A stretch of DNA of 5,720 bases, taken from a virus (Duplodnaviria > Heunggongvirae > Uroviricota > Caudoviricetes). The position numbers were made by a program, and so were the translations under genes. The notes under the pieces were generated by a model. The model was not told the origin of the DNA. It did no database searches and worked only from the letters and a program-made list of their open reading frames with translations. This document shows positions 5,339 to 5,720 of this stretch, piece after piece (position 1 is the first letter of the stretch; every line of letters begins with the position of its first letter). Location: positions 1 through 5,720 of the IMG/VR virus record IMGVR_UViG_2703718860_000012, one strand, 5' to 3'.

Positions 5339-5629
5339 ATGTCAGAAATAAAATCGCTGGTCACTGCTGAGGCAGTGAAGGAAGTCCTGCGCTCTGAAGA
5401 AGTCCGGAGCGCACTGAAACAGCAACTTCGGCAGAACCTTGAGGCGCGTCTTGATGCAGAAGTGGATTCAATTCTGGATGAATTGCTTGGTGCACAGCCG
5501 GAACCATCCCCGGAACTGCTTCCGGAACCACAGGCGGAAGATGTCACCACGGAAAATGGTGATATTCAGCCGGAGCCACCGGTGACGGATATGACAGACA
5601 CACAGCCAGAATCGGGCACAATGCTGTAA
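5339..5629 (+). CDS. Hypothetical acidic protein (96 aa): helical N-terminal half, Pro/Glu-rich disordered C-terminal half
   Basis: ATG 5339 is in frame with listed ORF 5165..5629. I chose the internal start because the upstream extension overlaps the 5119 ORF and looks non-protein-like. Strong net negative charge (many E/D, few K/R). Followed by a terminator. Confidence 0.6.
   Translation: MSEIKSLVTAEAVKEVLRSEEVRSALKQQLRQNLEARLDAEVDSILDELLGAQPEPSPELLPEPQAEDVTTENGDIQPEPPVTDMTDTQPESGTML
5498..5533 (+). repeat. Three tandem imperfect 12-nt repeats (CCGGAACCATCC / CCGGAACTGCTT / CCGGAACCACAG) encoding PEPS-PELL-PEPQ
   Basis: CCGGAAC recurs at 5498, 5510 and 5522 with exact 12-nt periodicity inside the acidic-protein gene. 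Confidence 0.6.
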
Positions 5630-5639
5630 CGGCGGGGCA

Positions 5640-5673
5640 GGGCCATCAGTAAAGAGCTGGTGGCCCTTTTGTT
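5640..5673 (+). terminator. Rho-independent terminator after the acidic-protein gene
   Basis: 10-bp stem GGGCCATCAG (5640..5649) with CTGGTGGCCC (5657..5666), one G-U, loop TAAAGAG, then TTTTGTTGTTG. Confidence 0.7.
5656..5663 (+). other. Chi octamer 5'-GCTGGTGG-3' embedded in the terminator stem
   Basis: Exact octamer read directly at 5656..5663. Confidence 0.9.
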
Positions 5674-5720
5674 GTTGTGAGCTTCCGAGTACGGGAGACG
5701 GGGTATGTACCAGATGGAAA

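Noticed and set aside
1-5720. CRISPR array, IS element or transposase, integrase, or attachment-site repeats.
   Set aside because: No spaced direct repeats, no terminal inverted repeats flanking an ORF, and no transposase or integrase-like motifs in any frame; the only repeats are short (the 12-nt PEP repeat and 8-bp motifs).

Overview
The window reads as the late-regulatory and cargo region of an enterobacterial (E. coli-type) lambdoid prophage, with every supported gene on the + strand. In order: the 3' part of a DUF968-type gene with an HNH-like zinc-finger motif (<1..900); a short QuuD-family Q antiterminator (918..1310); an AT-rich, rare-codon 205-aa gene of unknown function with a strong SD and its own terminator (1377..1994); a small putative wHTH gene (2228..2425); a ~570-bp ORF-free, hairpin-rich leader (2426..2996); a prophage-type sialate O-acetylesterase (nanS-p-like, 2997..4979); and two small genes (a single-TM peptide and an acidic Pro/Glu-rich protein) closed by an intrinsic terminator. 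No rRNA, tRNA, CRISPR or IS element was seen. The interval between Q and nanS-p is where Stx phages carry stxAB; here it holds uncharacterised cargo, which is the main candidate for a new system. Seven Chi octamers occur in 5.7 kb, five in the + orientation. All homology statements come from motif recall and reading the sequence, not from database searches.
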